Origin: Parvibaculaceae bacterium
GTDB lineage: Bacteria; Pseudomonadota; Alphaproteobacteria; Parvibaculales; Parvibaculaceae
Length of the DNA stretch: 64,000 bases
Assembly: GCA_965212385.1 (NCBI GenBank)
Contig: OZ243109.1
Location: 354,452 to 418,451, forward strand
Reading direction: 5' to 3'
Shown here: piece by piece, positions 1-9,275 of the stretch
Layout: each line of letters opens with the position of its first letter
Position numbering within the stretch: the stretch's first letter is position 1
Notes under the pieces: model-generated
What the model was told of the DNA's origin: nothing
Seen by the model: the letters and a program-made list of their open reading frames with translations, nothing else
Database searches by the model: none
Made by a program: the position numbers and the translations under genes

Positions 1-18
1 AATCAAAGCGTCGATCAT
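1..18 (-). CDS. Probable 5' end of methylamine utilization protein MauD (runs off window)
   Basis: ATG overlaps the mauE stop (ATGA coupling) and reads MIDALI. mauD normally follows mauE. Only 6 codons are visible. Confidence 0.4.
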
Positions 19-566
19 GGGTGTGTTCCTTCGTGATCGAGGAGCGCTGCATTCCGCAGCAAATGTTCAGCAGTGGCGTAGATCAACAGCAGAATGAGAG
101 TGGCAAACCCGGCGGCTGCATAGTCAAACCAGGTAAAGACGCGCGCGCTTGTGGGGAGCAGAAGCGAAAGTGTACCCGTCAGCAGCACACCGTTGCGCAC
201 GACCAGACCCCAATGGATCTTTTGGTCGGCACTGATGCCACCGCAACCGCAGTCAAGCTCTGTGCGATCTCGAAGAAGGTTCAGCGCAATCGCACCAGCA
301 TAGGCCAGCCAGAGGAAGGCTGCGGCGATCGCAGGCATCGCCGTCGGTATGAATGCAAGTAGGCTAATCGCAATAGCAATCTCAACCATGGGGATGATGC
401 GGGCGACAGATTGTGTGAGCGCGTCAGGTACGATCCGGTAACCCGCAACGGCTTGCCAGAACCCAATCGGGTCGCGGAGCTTATGCCAGGCAGCGGCCAG
501 GAGAATGGCAGCCAGTGTGCCGCGCAATGCGATGTCAAAAACGGGATCCAGCATGCCTGTCACCAT
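15..566 (-). CDS. mauE: MauE/DoxX-family methylamine utilization membrane protein
   Basis: Multi-TM protein with A-W-H-K-L...F...GY segment, E in TM2 and DCGCGG motif; directly downstream of an amine dehydrogenase large subunit. An alternative ATG lies at 554. Confidence 0.85.
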   Translation of the reverse strand: MVTGMLDPVFDIALRGTLAAILLAAAWHKLRDPIGFWQAVAGYRIVPDALTQSVARIIPMVEIAIAISLLAFIPTAMPAIAAAFLWLAYAGAIALNLLRDRTELDCGCGGISADQKIHWGLVVRNGVLLTGTLSLLLPTSARVFTWFDYAAAGFATLILLLIYATAEHLLRNAALLDHEGTHP

Positions 567-1810
567 GGTTGGATGTTGATGGGGAAGGTGCCGAGCTGCG
601 TCACTGTACGTCTGTAGGTCCCATCTTCAGCGTCATAGACATCAAGGCCGAACTGCACTGTATCGATCAACGGCCCTTCACCTTCCGTCAAATAGACCCA
701 GATCTGCGCGAGCAATGGCATGGGGATGTGAGCGCCAAGACCGTAGAGACGGGGCTCCGCGTCTTGTGACACAGCGATAGAGATCGTGCGTTCCTGCAGG
801 CTGTAGGTGGCGACCCTTTCCCGGCTCGCAAGATCGAACACCCAAACATCGGTCCCCGGGTCTTCAAATGTTTCCGGCGGGCCCTGATGGGTTAGGAGGT
901 AAAGCCGCCCAGTGGCGTCATGAACCGCCAGATGTTGGAACCCGCTGATAGACCATTCGTCCTCCCGCTCGTCTTCATCGATGAGCGGCCAGCTCGCGGC
1001 CAACGACACGCCGTCAGCGCCCATTTCAAAGTCGTACAAATCACCTGCAAGCGATACGAAGTACCAGTGATCGCCACGGCGCACGCCGGAGATGCTGATC
1101 GGATCCTCAAACGGATCAAACAACGCGTTCGACCGGGACTTATTCGCGACGGCACCTGTCTCATCGAATGTATAGGTCACAAACGACCCATCGCCGCAGA
1201 GCAGATGAAAGCTGCGCTCACCGCCGCCATAGACATTGGGGCATCCGGGCGTTGGAATCTCGCTGATAAGCTCGCCGCTCTCCAGATTGACAAGTGTGAG
1301 AGAGACGGCCGGCGTGAAGTTCATTTGCACAAACAGGTTTTGGTCATCGCTGATTGACGATGTGCCCTGCATCTTCACCACGGTTGCGCGTTTCGGGGGG
1401 AGGGTGACCTCAGACAGCGGTTGAAAGGTCGTGGCATCGTAGGTGACCAACACGTCGGTCCGTTCTCCCCGCGTGGTCCGGCTGAAGTGTGTCTCGACCG
1501 CCACGATGCGCTCTTTGTCCTCTGGCAATGACATGCCGGTGGTCCAGTAGCCCAGATCCAGCATCGAGATGAACTCACCTGTGTCGGGGTCGACCAGGTA
1601 GCCGCGGCTCTGCGCCTGATAGGGCGCGTTCATCCCCGTCACCCAAACCAACCGGTCATGGTTGTCGCGTGAGAAAGCGACAATCTCGCCCATAGGTTCT
1701 TCTGGCAGGTCAGCCGCCAGCACGCCGCTTGAAGATGCGCCTATGAGGCCAGGCAGCAGCACACTCACTGAGAGGATGGAGGTGACTAGGAGAGGTGGGA
1801 GTTTGCGCAT
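560..1810 (-). CDS. mauB: TTQ amine dehydrogenase large (heavy) subunit, beta-propeller
   Basis: Signal peptide; RTTRGERTDVL, NFTPAVSLTLVNL, PGC...LLCGDGS and SQDAEPRLY motifs typical of MADH/AADH large subunits; followed by mauE. Confidence 0.85.
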   Translation of the reverse strand: MRKLPPLLVTSILSVSVLLPGLIGASSSGVLAADLPEEPMGEIVAFSRDNHDRLVWVTGMNAPYQAQSRGYLVDPDTGEFISMLDLGYWTTGMSLPEDKERIVAVETHFSRTTRGERTDVLVTYDATTFQPLSEVTLPPKRATVVKMQGTSSISDDQNLFVQMNFTPAVSLTLVNLESGELISEIPTPGCPNVYGGGERSFHLLCGDGSFVTYTFDETGAVANKSRSNALFDPFEDPISISGVRRGDHWYFVSLAGDLYDFEMGADGVSLAASWPLIDEDEREDEWSISGFQHLAVHDATGRLYLLTHQGPPETFEDPGTDVWVFDLASRERVATYSLQERTISIAVSQDAEPRLYGLGAHIPMPLLAQIWVYLTEGEGPLIDTVQFGLDVYDAEDGTYRRTVTQLGTFPINIQPW

Positions 1811-1953
1811 AATTGCTCGCCCTTGATCAGAATATCCCCATTCTTAGGGCAGGGAATTTAATTTGTCAAACGGATGTATGATAAATAGGAAGTCTTGCTT
1901 TCCCACGACCAGGCTGGCTCACTGCTGCATAAAACAAAAAGGAGACAGGGCGG

Positions 1954-2823
1954 ATGCTCACCAATATCGATCGGGTTCAACTCGTTGTCGAAAACCGCAA
2001 AGAAGCTGCAGAGGGATGGATCACCCTTTTGGGCGCTGAACATGTGCGAGACGACAATGTCGCGTGCCTTGCGGCGAAGAGGTCGGTCTATCAGGTGGGG
2101 CGCTCAGAAGTGGAGTTTCTGGAAGCGAACGGAACCGGCGCGGTGGCAGAAAGCCTCACGGCACGAGGGAGACCACACCTGTTTGCGGCAGGCGTCGCCA
2201 CGCCGGACCTGGATGCTCTGATTGCACACATTGAAGGAACCACCGGCGCCAGCCTCACCAAAGAGGGCAATCAGGGCTACGTCACCTTTAGTGAAGCGGG
2301 GCAGAATGATCTGAGCTTTGTGGTGAGCCAGCGTGTTGAGCGAGATCCGGTAGGTCTTATTGATCGGCTCTACGAAGCCACCATTCTTGAAGAACCCTAT
2401 CAGCCGCTGATTGACCAAATCACCAATCTGTTCGGATTGAACGCAGATCACTACAGTCGCATCACGTCAGAGCACTTCAAGTATGACGGCTATCTTACTC
2501 TGTTTCATCCGGACGAACTGGATCGGTTTGAAATCATTTCGCCCACCTCGTCTGAGACCACCATGGGGCGGTTTTACGGTCGTCAGGGCCGCGCCTTCTA
2601 CATGTCCTTCGCGGAGACGCCACACATTCTGGAGATTGAAGAACGCGCCAAAGAGGCAGGCGCCGGCCTGACCATCGACCGGCCGGAAGGCCGACCCGAG
2701 ACGAAGATGGCGGATCAGATGTGGCTGCACCCGCCGGCATTGGGCGGCATGATGCTCGGCCTCTCTCGCCCCTCTCGGGCCTGGCATTGGTCTGGTCGCC
2801 CCGAACGTGTCATAGAACTCTGA
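1954..2823 (+). CDS. VOC/glyoxalase-like two-domain protein
   Basis: GGAG RBS; repeated beta-alpha-beta-beta-beta pattern (IDRVQLVV...VEFLEA, FEIISP...F...G); 289 aa. Confidence 0.6.
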   Translation: MLTNIDRVQLVVENRKEAAEGWITLLGAEHVRDDNVACLAAKRSVYQVGRSEVEFLEANGTGAVAESLTARGRPHLFAAGVATPDLDALIAHIEGTTGASLTKEGNQGYVTFSEAGQNDLSFVVSQRVERDPVGLIDRLYEATILEEPYQPLIDQITNLFGLNADHYSRITSEHFKYDGYLTLFHPDELDRFEIISPTSSETTMGRFYGRQGRAFYMSFAETPHILEIEERAKEAGAGLTIDRPEGRPETKMADQMWLHPPALGGMMLGLSRPSRAWHWSGRPERVIEL

Positions 2824-2894
2824 ACGCGCTAGATAAGCCCTTGTTTTTAATCGGGAAAAACTGCGGACCGCGGTGAAAAACCCAAGTGAGAGGC

Positions 2895-2924
2895 CTTGAA
2901 ACGAGACAATTTGTTTCCCACATT
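2895..2924 (+). promoter_or_regulatory. Sigma32 (RpoH)-type promoter of ibpA
   Basis: CTTGAA (2895-2900), 16-nt spacer, CCCACATT (2917-2924), upstream of a small heat shock gene. Confidence 0.7.
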
Positions 2925-2929
2925 TGGTG

Positions 2930-3029
2930 GGCAGCGGGGCCCACTGGGACCGCAGATTTAACGTCCGTCAATGTGCCCGGATCGGGGCATTGGCTGTGAC
3001 AAGTTGCTTGTGAAAGGACTTTGGCTATG
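2930..3029 (+). ncRNA. ROSE RNA thermometer in the ibpA 5' UTR
   Basis: Terminal hairpin AAGUUGCUU-GUGA-AAGGACUU (3001-3021) pairs UUGCU with the AGGA Shine-Dalgarno and has the bulged G; two further hairpins lie upstream; ATG at 3027. Confidence 0.8.
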
Positions 3030-3452
3030 ACGCGACTGGCGCGTTTCGACAGTCCCTTTTTGTTGGGATTTGATCAGGTAGAACGCCTGCTTGATAGAGT
3101 GGCCCGCAATGGTGCCGACGGCTATCCCCCGTACAATGTGGAAGAAGTGCAAACCGACAAAGGTGGGCAGCTGAAGATCACGCTCGCTGTCGCAGGTTTT
3201 GCAGCAGACGATCTGTCCGTCACGTTGGAATCCAATCAGTTGGTCATCCGCGGCGGACAGAAGGATGACGACGACCGCAATTTCCTGCACCGCGGCATTG
3301 CCGCAAGACAGTTTCAGCGATCCTTTGTTCTTGCAGAGGGTATTGAAATTCTCGGTGCCGATTTGGAGAACGGGCTTCTAACCATTTCGCTGGAGCAGCA
3401 GGTACCGGAAGAAATCGTTCAACAGATTGAAATCAAGACCCACGGGTCCTGA
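3027..3452 (+). CDS. ibpA: Small heat shock protein (Hsp20/IbpA family)
   Basis: YPPYNVE, LAVAGF, FLHRGIAARQFQRSFVLA and ADLENGLL motifs; ATG 3027 follows the AGGA SD. Confidence 0.93.
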   Translation: MTRLARFDSPFLLGFDQVERLLDRVARNGADGYPPYNVEEVQTDKGGQLKITLAVAGFAADDLSVTLESNQLVIRGGQKDDDDRNFLHRGIAARQFQRSFVLAEGIEILGADLENGLLTISLEQQVPEEIVQQIEIKTHGS

Positions 3453-3549
3453 GGTTCAAAGGGGTCCTGATCCGAAAGGAGAGCAGGATTGCCAACTCGC
3501 CAGGGCGGCTTATGTCTGTTTTAAGCCGCGCCGCTTAAGGAGCGAAAAA

Positions 3550-3837
3550 ATGTTCGATCAGACAGAAGATAATTCAACACCAACGCAACTGATCCCCGCA
3601 GGGGAGATCACCCCCGATGTACTTGCCGAAATCGGCATGCAGACACACGTCTATGCACGCCCGATCCAGGCGAAAGACATCCTCGAGGATCTGCAGGGAC
3701 AGCTGGATGTACCGCCGGAAACCTGGCTCTATTCAGTGCATGCCGCCAACGGTGTGCGGGTCGCTATTGTCGATAGCCGAGAAGCAGCGTTTCAGGGCGC
3801 GGCGGCGTACGGCTACCAGGCGCTCAGCGTTCACTGA
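3550..3837 (+). CDS. DUF1150-family protein
   Basis: VYARPI...LYSVHAANG...AIVDSREAAF...SVH pattern; this family typically neighbours Hsp20 genes in alphaproteobacteria. Confidence 0.75.
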   Translation: MFDQTEDNSTPTQLIPAGEITPDVLAEIGMQTHVYARPIQAKDILEDLQGQLDVPPETWLYSVHAANGVRVAIVDSREAAFQGAAAYGYQALSVH

Positions 3838-3854
3838 TTTACATTAAGAGGAAG

Positions 3855-4319
3855 TCAGGCGGCGTTTGACGAGGCCGGCTCAATGAGCAGCGCATAAAGC
3901 GCCGCCGCGTCATCCGTTGCACGCAATTTCTCAACCATGGATTGGTTGCGCAAAAGGCGCGACACGCGGGCGAGCGCTTTGAGGTGGTCCGCACCGGCGG
4001 ACTCAGGTGCCAGCAGCAGGAAAATCAGGTCAACGGGTTGGTCGTCGACGGACTCAAACTGAATAGGAGTCTCCAGGCGTGCGAACAGACCGTGGAGGCG
4101 GGTCAGTTCGTTCAGCTTACCGTGAGGAATTGCAATACCTTGCCCGACACCGGTCGACCCGAGGCGTTCGCGTTCCAGCAGCGTTTCGAAGATGGCGCGT
4201 TCTGGCAGGCCGCAGATCGCCGCCGCTTTAGCAGAAAGCTCCTGAAGGGCCTGTTTTTTACTCGTGACCTTAAGGTGTGCCGTCACACCCTCCGGGGTCA
4301 GAAGTTCATCCAGATCCAT
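3855..4319 (-). CDS. ptsN: PTS IIA-like nitrogen regulatory protein EIIA(Ntr)
   Basis: RERLGSTGVGQGIAIPHGK phosphorylation motif and DHLKALARVSR; downstream of rpoN-hpf; start set at ATG 4319. Confidence 0.95.
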   Translation of the reverse strand: MDLDELLTPEGVTAHLKVTSKKQALQELSAKAAAICGLPERAIFETLLERERLGSTGVGQGIAIPHGKLNELTRLHGLFARLETPIQFESVDDQPVDLIFLLLAPESAGADHLKALARVSRLLRNQSMVEKLRATDDAAALYALLIEPASSNAA

Positions 4320-4440
4320 GATCCGTTTCCTGTTCAATGTTCCCACCGGGCTAGTCGAAACCCTGGTCGGAGCTTTCTGGTAGGCGCCACGCCGAAACGG
4401 CGTTACGTCCCCTGAGCGGTCTGCCCGGGGTCGTAGCCCT

Positions 4441-5022
4441 TTAAGCTTTTTTCGAATCGCTAGCGGCATCGATCCAACCAACATTACCGTCGGGGCGGCG
4501 ATAAACGATATTGAGGCCGCCTTCGCCGTTCCTGAACATCACCAGCGGCGCGTCCGAAATATCGAGCTGCATAACAGCGTCGCTCACGGACAATGCCGGC
4601 ACAGTCGTCGTGCCTTCCGCAATGATCATGGGCGTATCGTCTCCTTCGGAGACTTCTTCTTCGCCCTCATTGGGTGCGATCACGAATGAAGGCACGTCAA
4701 GGACGGGCAGGTCAGATTTCGGGCTGTTGTGATGGTTCTTCAAGCGGCGCTTATATCGACGCAACCGCTTCTCGAGCTTCTCAACCGCATCGTCGAAGCT
4801 CGCATAGACGTCGCCGGCCTGACCTTGGGCTTGCAGAGTCATGCCGGAACTCAAATGCACAGAGCAGTCAGAGCGGAATTGATGGCCATCCTTTGCGAAG
4901 GTCACCTGACCATCGACGGGACGGTCAAAATACTTGCCCACACTTGCGCTCAATTGATCCTGCACATGGCTACGCAGCGCATCGCCAACATCAAGATGAA
5001 TTCCGGTAATTTGAACCTGCAT
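4441..5022 (-). CDS. hpf: Ribosome hibernation promoting factor (long HPF/RaiA)
   Basis: ITGIHLDVGDALR, DVYASFD...KLEKRLRRYKRRLKNH, and a C-terminal S30AE domain (A.MQLD...FRN...NIVYRRPDGNVGWID). Confidence 0.93.
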   Translation of the reverse strand: MQVQITGIHLDVGDALRSHVQDQLSASVGKYFDRPVDGQVTFAKDGHQFRSDCSVHLSSGMTLQAQGQAGDVYASFDDAVEKLEKRLRRYKRRLKNHHNSPKSDLPVLDVPSFVIAPNEGEEEVSEGDDTPMIIAEGTTTVPALSVSDAVMQLDISDAPLVMFRNGEGGLNIVYRRPDGNVGWIDAASDSKKA

Positions 5023-5236
5023 CAAGGACCTTTCCAAGCGCCGTTAAAATCTAAGAGTCCCAGCTGATCGAACGAACGCCGGGGTCTATGTGCCACTCTC
5101 TAGTAATCAAATGCCGCTGTCTGATTTGAGCATGAGGCTCAAGGTATGGAAAAACGGAGTTCGCTGGTGCGTCACCGGCCCTATTTGTGTCGCTGGGCCT
5201 GGGAGGAATACTCCCCCGGGGGCTCGAGCGGGACGG

Positions 5237-5265
5237 AAACTAGTAGCCCGCCCCCAGACTGTCAA
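5237..5265 (-). promoter_or_regulatory. Sigma70-type promoter upstream of hpf-ptsN
   Basis: On the minus strand: TTGACA (5265-5260), 17-nt spacer, TAGTTT (5242-5237). Confidence 0.65.
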
Positions 5266-5382
5266 CTCACTCAGTTAATCATCTAAATTATACTTGAAAA
5301 ACAGCGTCTTAGGGCGAAATTTGGCGGAAATTTTTGGCTTAAAATTCGAGTGAAAACACTTGACGGAAGTGAGAAAAAGGCT

Positions 5383-6975
5383 TCACACCATGGCGCGTTT
5401 TTCACGGCGGCGTTGGACCGAAGACGGGATCTGCATCGCCTCGCGATACTTGGCAACGGTGCGCCGGGCAATCTCGATCCCATTGGCACGCAGCAGCTCA
5501 ACAATCGCGTCATCCGACAAGACCGCGTCCACCGTCTCTGCATCAATCAGCGTTTTAATGCGATGCCGAACCGCTTCTGCGGAGTGAGCATCGCCACCGG
5601 TGGCGGATGCGATGGACGACGTGAAGAAATATTTCAGTTCGAAAATGCCGCGCGGCGTCGCCATATATTTGTTCGAGGTGACCCGGCTGACGGTCGATTC
5701 ATGCATTGAGATTGCATCCGCGACCATCTTGAGGTTCAGCGGACGCAGATGCGAGACGCCATAGACAAGAAATGCATCCTGTTGCCGAACAATCTCTGTC
5801 GCAACCTTCAGGATCGTACGCGCGCGCTGATCAAGGCTTTTGACCAGCCAGTTTGCATCTGCGAGGCAATCAGAGAGATAGGTTTTTGCTTCAGCGTCTG
5901 AGCCGGAAGCGGCGACGACTTCGGTGTAATACTGCTTATTCACCAGGACCCGAGGCAGCGTCGACGTGTTGAGCTCAATCGCCCAGCCGCCATCTGATTT
6001 CGGGCGAATGAAAATGTCCGGGACGACAGGCTGGACCGGCTCCTCGCCAAACACATTGCCGGGCTTTGGATTGCAGTCGCGGATGTCATCGATCAGGCAG
6101 GAAAGATCCTCCTGTTCGATCTGGCAGGCTTTCATGAGCTTCGGCAAGTCACGCTTCGCGAACAGATCAATATTGTCGAGGAAGCGTTCCATGACGGGAT
6201 CAAGTCGATCTTTCTCGGCAAGCTGCAGGCGTAGGCATTCGCGCAGGTCGCGGGCGCACACACCAATAGGGTCAAACGTTTGCAGCACGCCCAACACGGC
6301 GTCCACATCTTCTATTTCGACGCCGAGTCTGTCAGCGACGGACTCCAGACTGTCCGTCAGATAGCCCGACTCATCCACAAGGTCGATGAGGTAGGCACCG
6401 ATCAACCGATCGGTGGCATTCTTCAACGCCACGACCATCTGGTTGTTGAGGTGCTCGACCAGGGTTTCGGCGCGCGTCAGAGATCCTTCAAGCTCGCCGT
6501 CACCTTCGAAACTCCCGCCGCCCTGGCTGCCAGTGGATTGCCAATCCGAGCTCGACATGCCCGGCGTTTCTGCATCGGCAACTGGCGTATCGGCCACGCT
6601 TTGATCTGCATAGACATTGTCATAGTCGGTATCCATGTCCCCATCGGGCGCAGGCGGCGCATTTTCTTCCGATAGCGCAAGCGTCGAGGCATCGCCGACA
6701 TCCCCGCCGTCGGTGCCATCACCAGCGCCGGGTCCATCGGCGAAATCGATATCGAATTCTTCTTTGTGTGGTGTCTCGCCTTCTGTCGGCTCAATCAGGC
6801 CAGGCTGATCATCATCGCGTGCTTCATCTAGGAGTGGGTTTTTTTCCAGCTCCTGCTCAACATAATCCGCGAGTTCCAGATTGTTCAATTGCAGCAGTTT
6901 GATCGCCTGCTGCAATTGCGGCGTCATCACAAGCGACTGGCCTTGTCGGAGCTCTATCCGTGGGTTGAGTGCCAT
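5383..6975 (-). CDS. rpoN: RNA polymerase sigma-54 factor
   Basis: N-terminal LVMTPQLQQAIKLLQL, HESTVSRVT HTH and ARRTVAKYRE RpoN box. Confidence 0.98.
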   Translation of the reverse strand: MALNPRIELRQGQSLVMTPQLQQAIKLLQLNNLELADYVEQELEKNPLLDEARDDDQPGLIEPTEGETPHKEEFDIDFADGPGAGDGTDGGDVGDASTLALSEENAPPAPDGDMDTDYDNVYADQSVADTPVADAETPGMSSSDWQSTGSQGGGSFEGDGELEGSLTRAETLVEHLNNQMVVALKNATDRLIGAYLIDLVDESGYLTDSLESVADRLGVEIEDVDAVLGVLQTFDPIGVCARDLRECLRLQLAEKDRLDPVMERFLDNIDLFAKRDLPKLMKACQIEQEDLSCLIDDIRDCNPKPGNVFGEEPVQPVVPDIFIRPKSDGGWAIELNTSTLPRVLVNKQYYTEVVAASGSDAEAKTYLSDCLADANWLVKSLDQRARTILKVATEIVRQQDAFLVYGVSHLRPLNLKMVADAISMHESTVSRVTSNKYMATPRGIFELKYFFTSSIASATGGDAHSAEAVRHRIKTLIDAETVDAVLSDDAIVELLRANGIEIARRTVAKYREAMQIPSSVQRRREKRAMV

Positions 6976-7005
6976 GTCGCATGTTGGTTTGCCGTCTGAT
7001 CAGCG

Positions 7006-7818
7006 TCAGAGGCTAAACCTATCCCCCAGGTAAAGACGACGGACATCCTCGTTGCCCACGATTTCAGATGGTTGCCCCTCCATCAAAACCTGTCCGTCAT
7101 GAATGATAACTGCGCGGTCGATAAGCTCGAGTGTCTCGCGCACATTGTGGTCTGTGATCAGCACGCCGATGCCGCGGTCTTTGAGATGCGCGACGAGATC
7201 GCGAATGTCGCCGATGGCGATTGGGTCGATCCCTGCAAAGGGTTCGTCCAGCAGCATGAATGAAGGTTGCGTCGCCAACGCGCGGGCGATTTCCACCCGC
7301 CGCCGCTCACCGCCCGATAGGGCGATGGAGGGTGTGCGCCGCAAATGAGTAATGGAGAACTCAGCCAGCAGATCATCAAGCTGCGCTTCTCGGCGATCAC
7401 GGTCCGGCTCAATGACTTCAAGCACCGCACGAATATTCTCTTCAACCGACAACCCACGAAAGATCGACGCTTCCTGCGGCAGATATCCGATGCCCAGACG
7501 TGCGCGTCGGTACATCGGCAGGTCGGTGACGTTTCGGCGATCCAGTCCGATGCTGCCATAGTCGGGGGAGATGAGGCCCGTGATCATATAGAAGGTTGTG
7601 GTCTTCCCGGCGCCATTGGGGCCTAGAAGACCAACGGCCTCGCCGCGCTGTACCGCGAAGCTGACACCGCGAACCACCGGGCGCCGGCGAAAGCTCTTGC
7701 CGATCTTATCGACCACCAGACCATCATTGCTGGTCACCAGGCGTGGCCCGCCCTCCGCCTCAAAAGCGGTCGGCGCGGCGTTTAGGTCGCCCACGGATGT
7801 GTCGATACGATCGGTCAT
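7006..7818 (-). CDS. lptB: LPS export ABC transporter ATP-binding protein
   Basis: GPNGAGKTT Walker A, YLPQEASIFR, LSGGERRR and LLDEPFAGIDP; lptCAB-rpoN context. Confidence 0.96.
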   Translation of the reverse strand: MTDRIDTSVGDLNAAPTAFEAEGGPRLVTSNDGLVVDKIGKSFRRRPVVRGVSFAVQRGEAVGLLGPNGAGKTTTFYMITGLISPDYGSIGLDRRNVTDLPMYRRARLGIGYLPQEASIFRGLSVEENIRAVLEVIEPDRDRREAQLDDLLAEFSITHLRRTPSIALSGGERRRVEIARALATQPSFMLLDEPFAGIDPIAIGDIRDLVAHLKDRGIGVLITDHNVRETLELIDRAVIIHDGQVLMEGQPSEIVGNEDVRRLYLGDRFSL

Positions 7819-7881
7819 GTGCCCCCATCAAAGCGTTGTTGGCATTAAAATTGTATGAAAGTAGAAATTAACCAAGCAAAA

Positions 7882-8484
7882 TTACTGCTCAGGTGCCCGA
7901 AAAAGGCCCTTGACCCGCCCAGAACCAGGGTTTTCTGTGTCCGACGCGGTGACGCCTCCTTCTACCCGGGCTTGCCCACTATTAAGGTCGATATTGAGCC
8001 GTTGGCCACGAATGACGTTTTCACCCTGTCGCAGCACGACTGTATCGCCCATGGTGATGGTCTCGTTGGCCACCATGTAAAGCGCCCAGTCACCTGATGC
8101 TGACTGGTCATCCTCGGACATGACATGCACGTTCGATTTTGCGTCTATGCGGGTAATCTCCGTACCGCCGGTGCCGTCCTCATCAGAGGAGGCGCCGTCG
8201 GATTTCTCCGCATAGGTCACGATCAACCGGTCTGACCGGAGCCGAATGCCTCCTTGAACGGCCACGACATTCCCAATGAAGGTGGCCGTCTGGGCGTTTT
8301 GTTCGACCTCCAGCGTATCAGCCTCGATCTCAATCGGAGCGTCAGGGTCTGTTTGAAATCCGATCGGGCTTTCATCCTCTTCGGCCAGGGCACCGAAAGG
8401 CGCCACCAGCAGCGCCAGTCCTGCAACCCTCATTAGACTTCTTAAGCGACCAACCACACCATCACTCCTGAACATATCCAGCAT
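7882..8484 (-). CDS. lptA: LPS transport periplasmic protein LptA/OstA
   Basis: Signal peptide; PIEIEADTLE, ATFIGNVVAVQG and G..L.IDLNSG beta-jellyroll motifs. Confidence 0.9.
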   Translation of the reverse strand: MLDMFRSDGVVGRLRSLMRVAGLALLVAPFGALAEEDESPIGFQTDPDAPIEIEADTLEVEQNAQTATFIGNVVAVQGGIRLRSDRLIVTYAEKSDGASSDEDGTGGTEITRIDAKSNVHVMSEDDQSASGDWALYMVANETITMGDTVVLRQGENVIRGQRLNIDLNSGQARVEGGVTASDTENPGSGRVKGLFRAPEQ

Positions 8485-8487
8485 CGG

Positions 8488-9174
8488 CTAGCTGGCTTTA
8501 TAGAACACAACGACACGCACGCCACCGGTGAACACGATCTTGTTTCCATTGTCGGATGTTTCTACGCCGTTAGCGTTCAGTGTCCCCACAGGCCCCTGAC
8601 CGTAAACAGGCTGATCACTCGTCAATGACCCTGCTCGGAAATCCATGTCCGCGCTTTCGGCGTGAAACTCATACCCGTTCGCTGAATAGACTTCGATTTC
8701 TTCGCGCAATTTTAGCGTCTCCGCCTCGGTTTGAAGCGTGCCGAAGCGCGAGGAGACCGACAGCCAATTGCCGCCCTCGTCCAACATCAGATCGGCTTCG
8801 ATGTTCTCCAGAAATATCTGATCCGGGTTGTCGACCTTCTGGGTCGCCGTATCGGCGGTCACGACGTAAGGCCGCCCTCGTTTATCAACACCGGTAATCC
8901 GGGGGCTCACCATTCTAAGGTCGTCATTCAACCGGGTCACCTCACGAAAGGTCACGGGGATATCCGGTCTTGAATTGAAGGTGGTCGAGGACACGAAGAG
9001 GCTGATCACCAGAATTAAAGCGAGCGCCGGGAGAAGAATTTTCATACCCAGAACAAAAGCGCTATAGCGGCTGCGTTCGTCGCTTGGCTCAAGGCTGCCA
9101 GAGGCGCCATTTGGGCCGCTGTCTGACGATCCAAAAGCGTGGGTAGTTTGGCCTGGTGGCGATTGCACGCTCAT
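8488..9174 (-). CDS. lptC: LPS export periplasmic protein LptC
   Basis: Single TM (KILLPALAL), P..TGVD..GRPY.V.A..A and QPV.G.GP.G motifs; upstream of lptA. Confidence 0.85.
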   Translation of the reverse strand: MSVQSPPGQTTHAFGSSDSGPNGASGSLEPSDERSRYSAFVLGMKILLPALALILVISLFVSSTTFNSRPDIPVTFREVTRLNDDLRMVSPRITGVDKRGRPYVVTADTATQKVDNPDQIFLENIEADLMLDEGGNWLSVSSRFGTLQTEAETLKLREEIEVYSANGYEFHAESADMDFRAGSLTSDQPVYGQGPVGTLNANGVETSDNGNKIVFTGGVRVVVFYKAS

Positions 9175-9275
9175 CAGTATCCTTCGTAACGCGAATGTGG
9201 CCCCTAGCCACAGACAGTATGCGCCGTCGTGCGAACGGGGGTCAACAGCAAGGGTTCGGGCCGATTGGCGCCAGA

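Noticed and set aside
1-10. AATCAAAGCG matches the tail of the 20.9-kb repeat
   Set aside because: It reads as coding sequence (MIDALI) of the probable mauD; a 10-nt match is expected by chance.
1914-1930. Possible sigma54 promoter CTGGCTCACTGCTGCAT upstream of the VOC gene
   Set aside because: GG to GC spacing is 9 nt; sigma54 requires 10.
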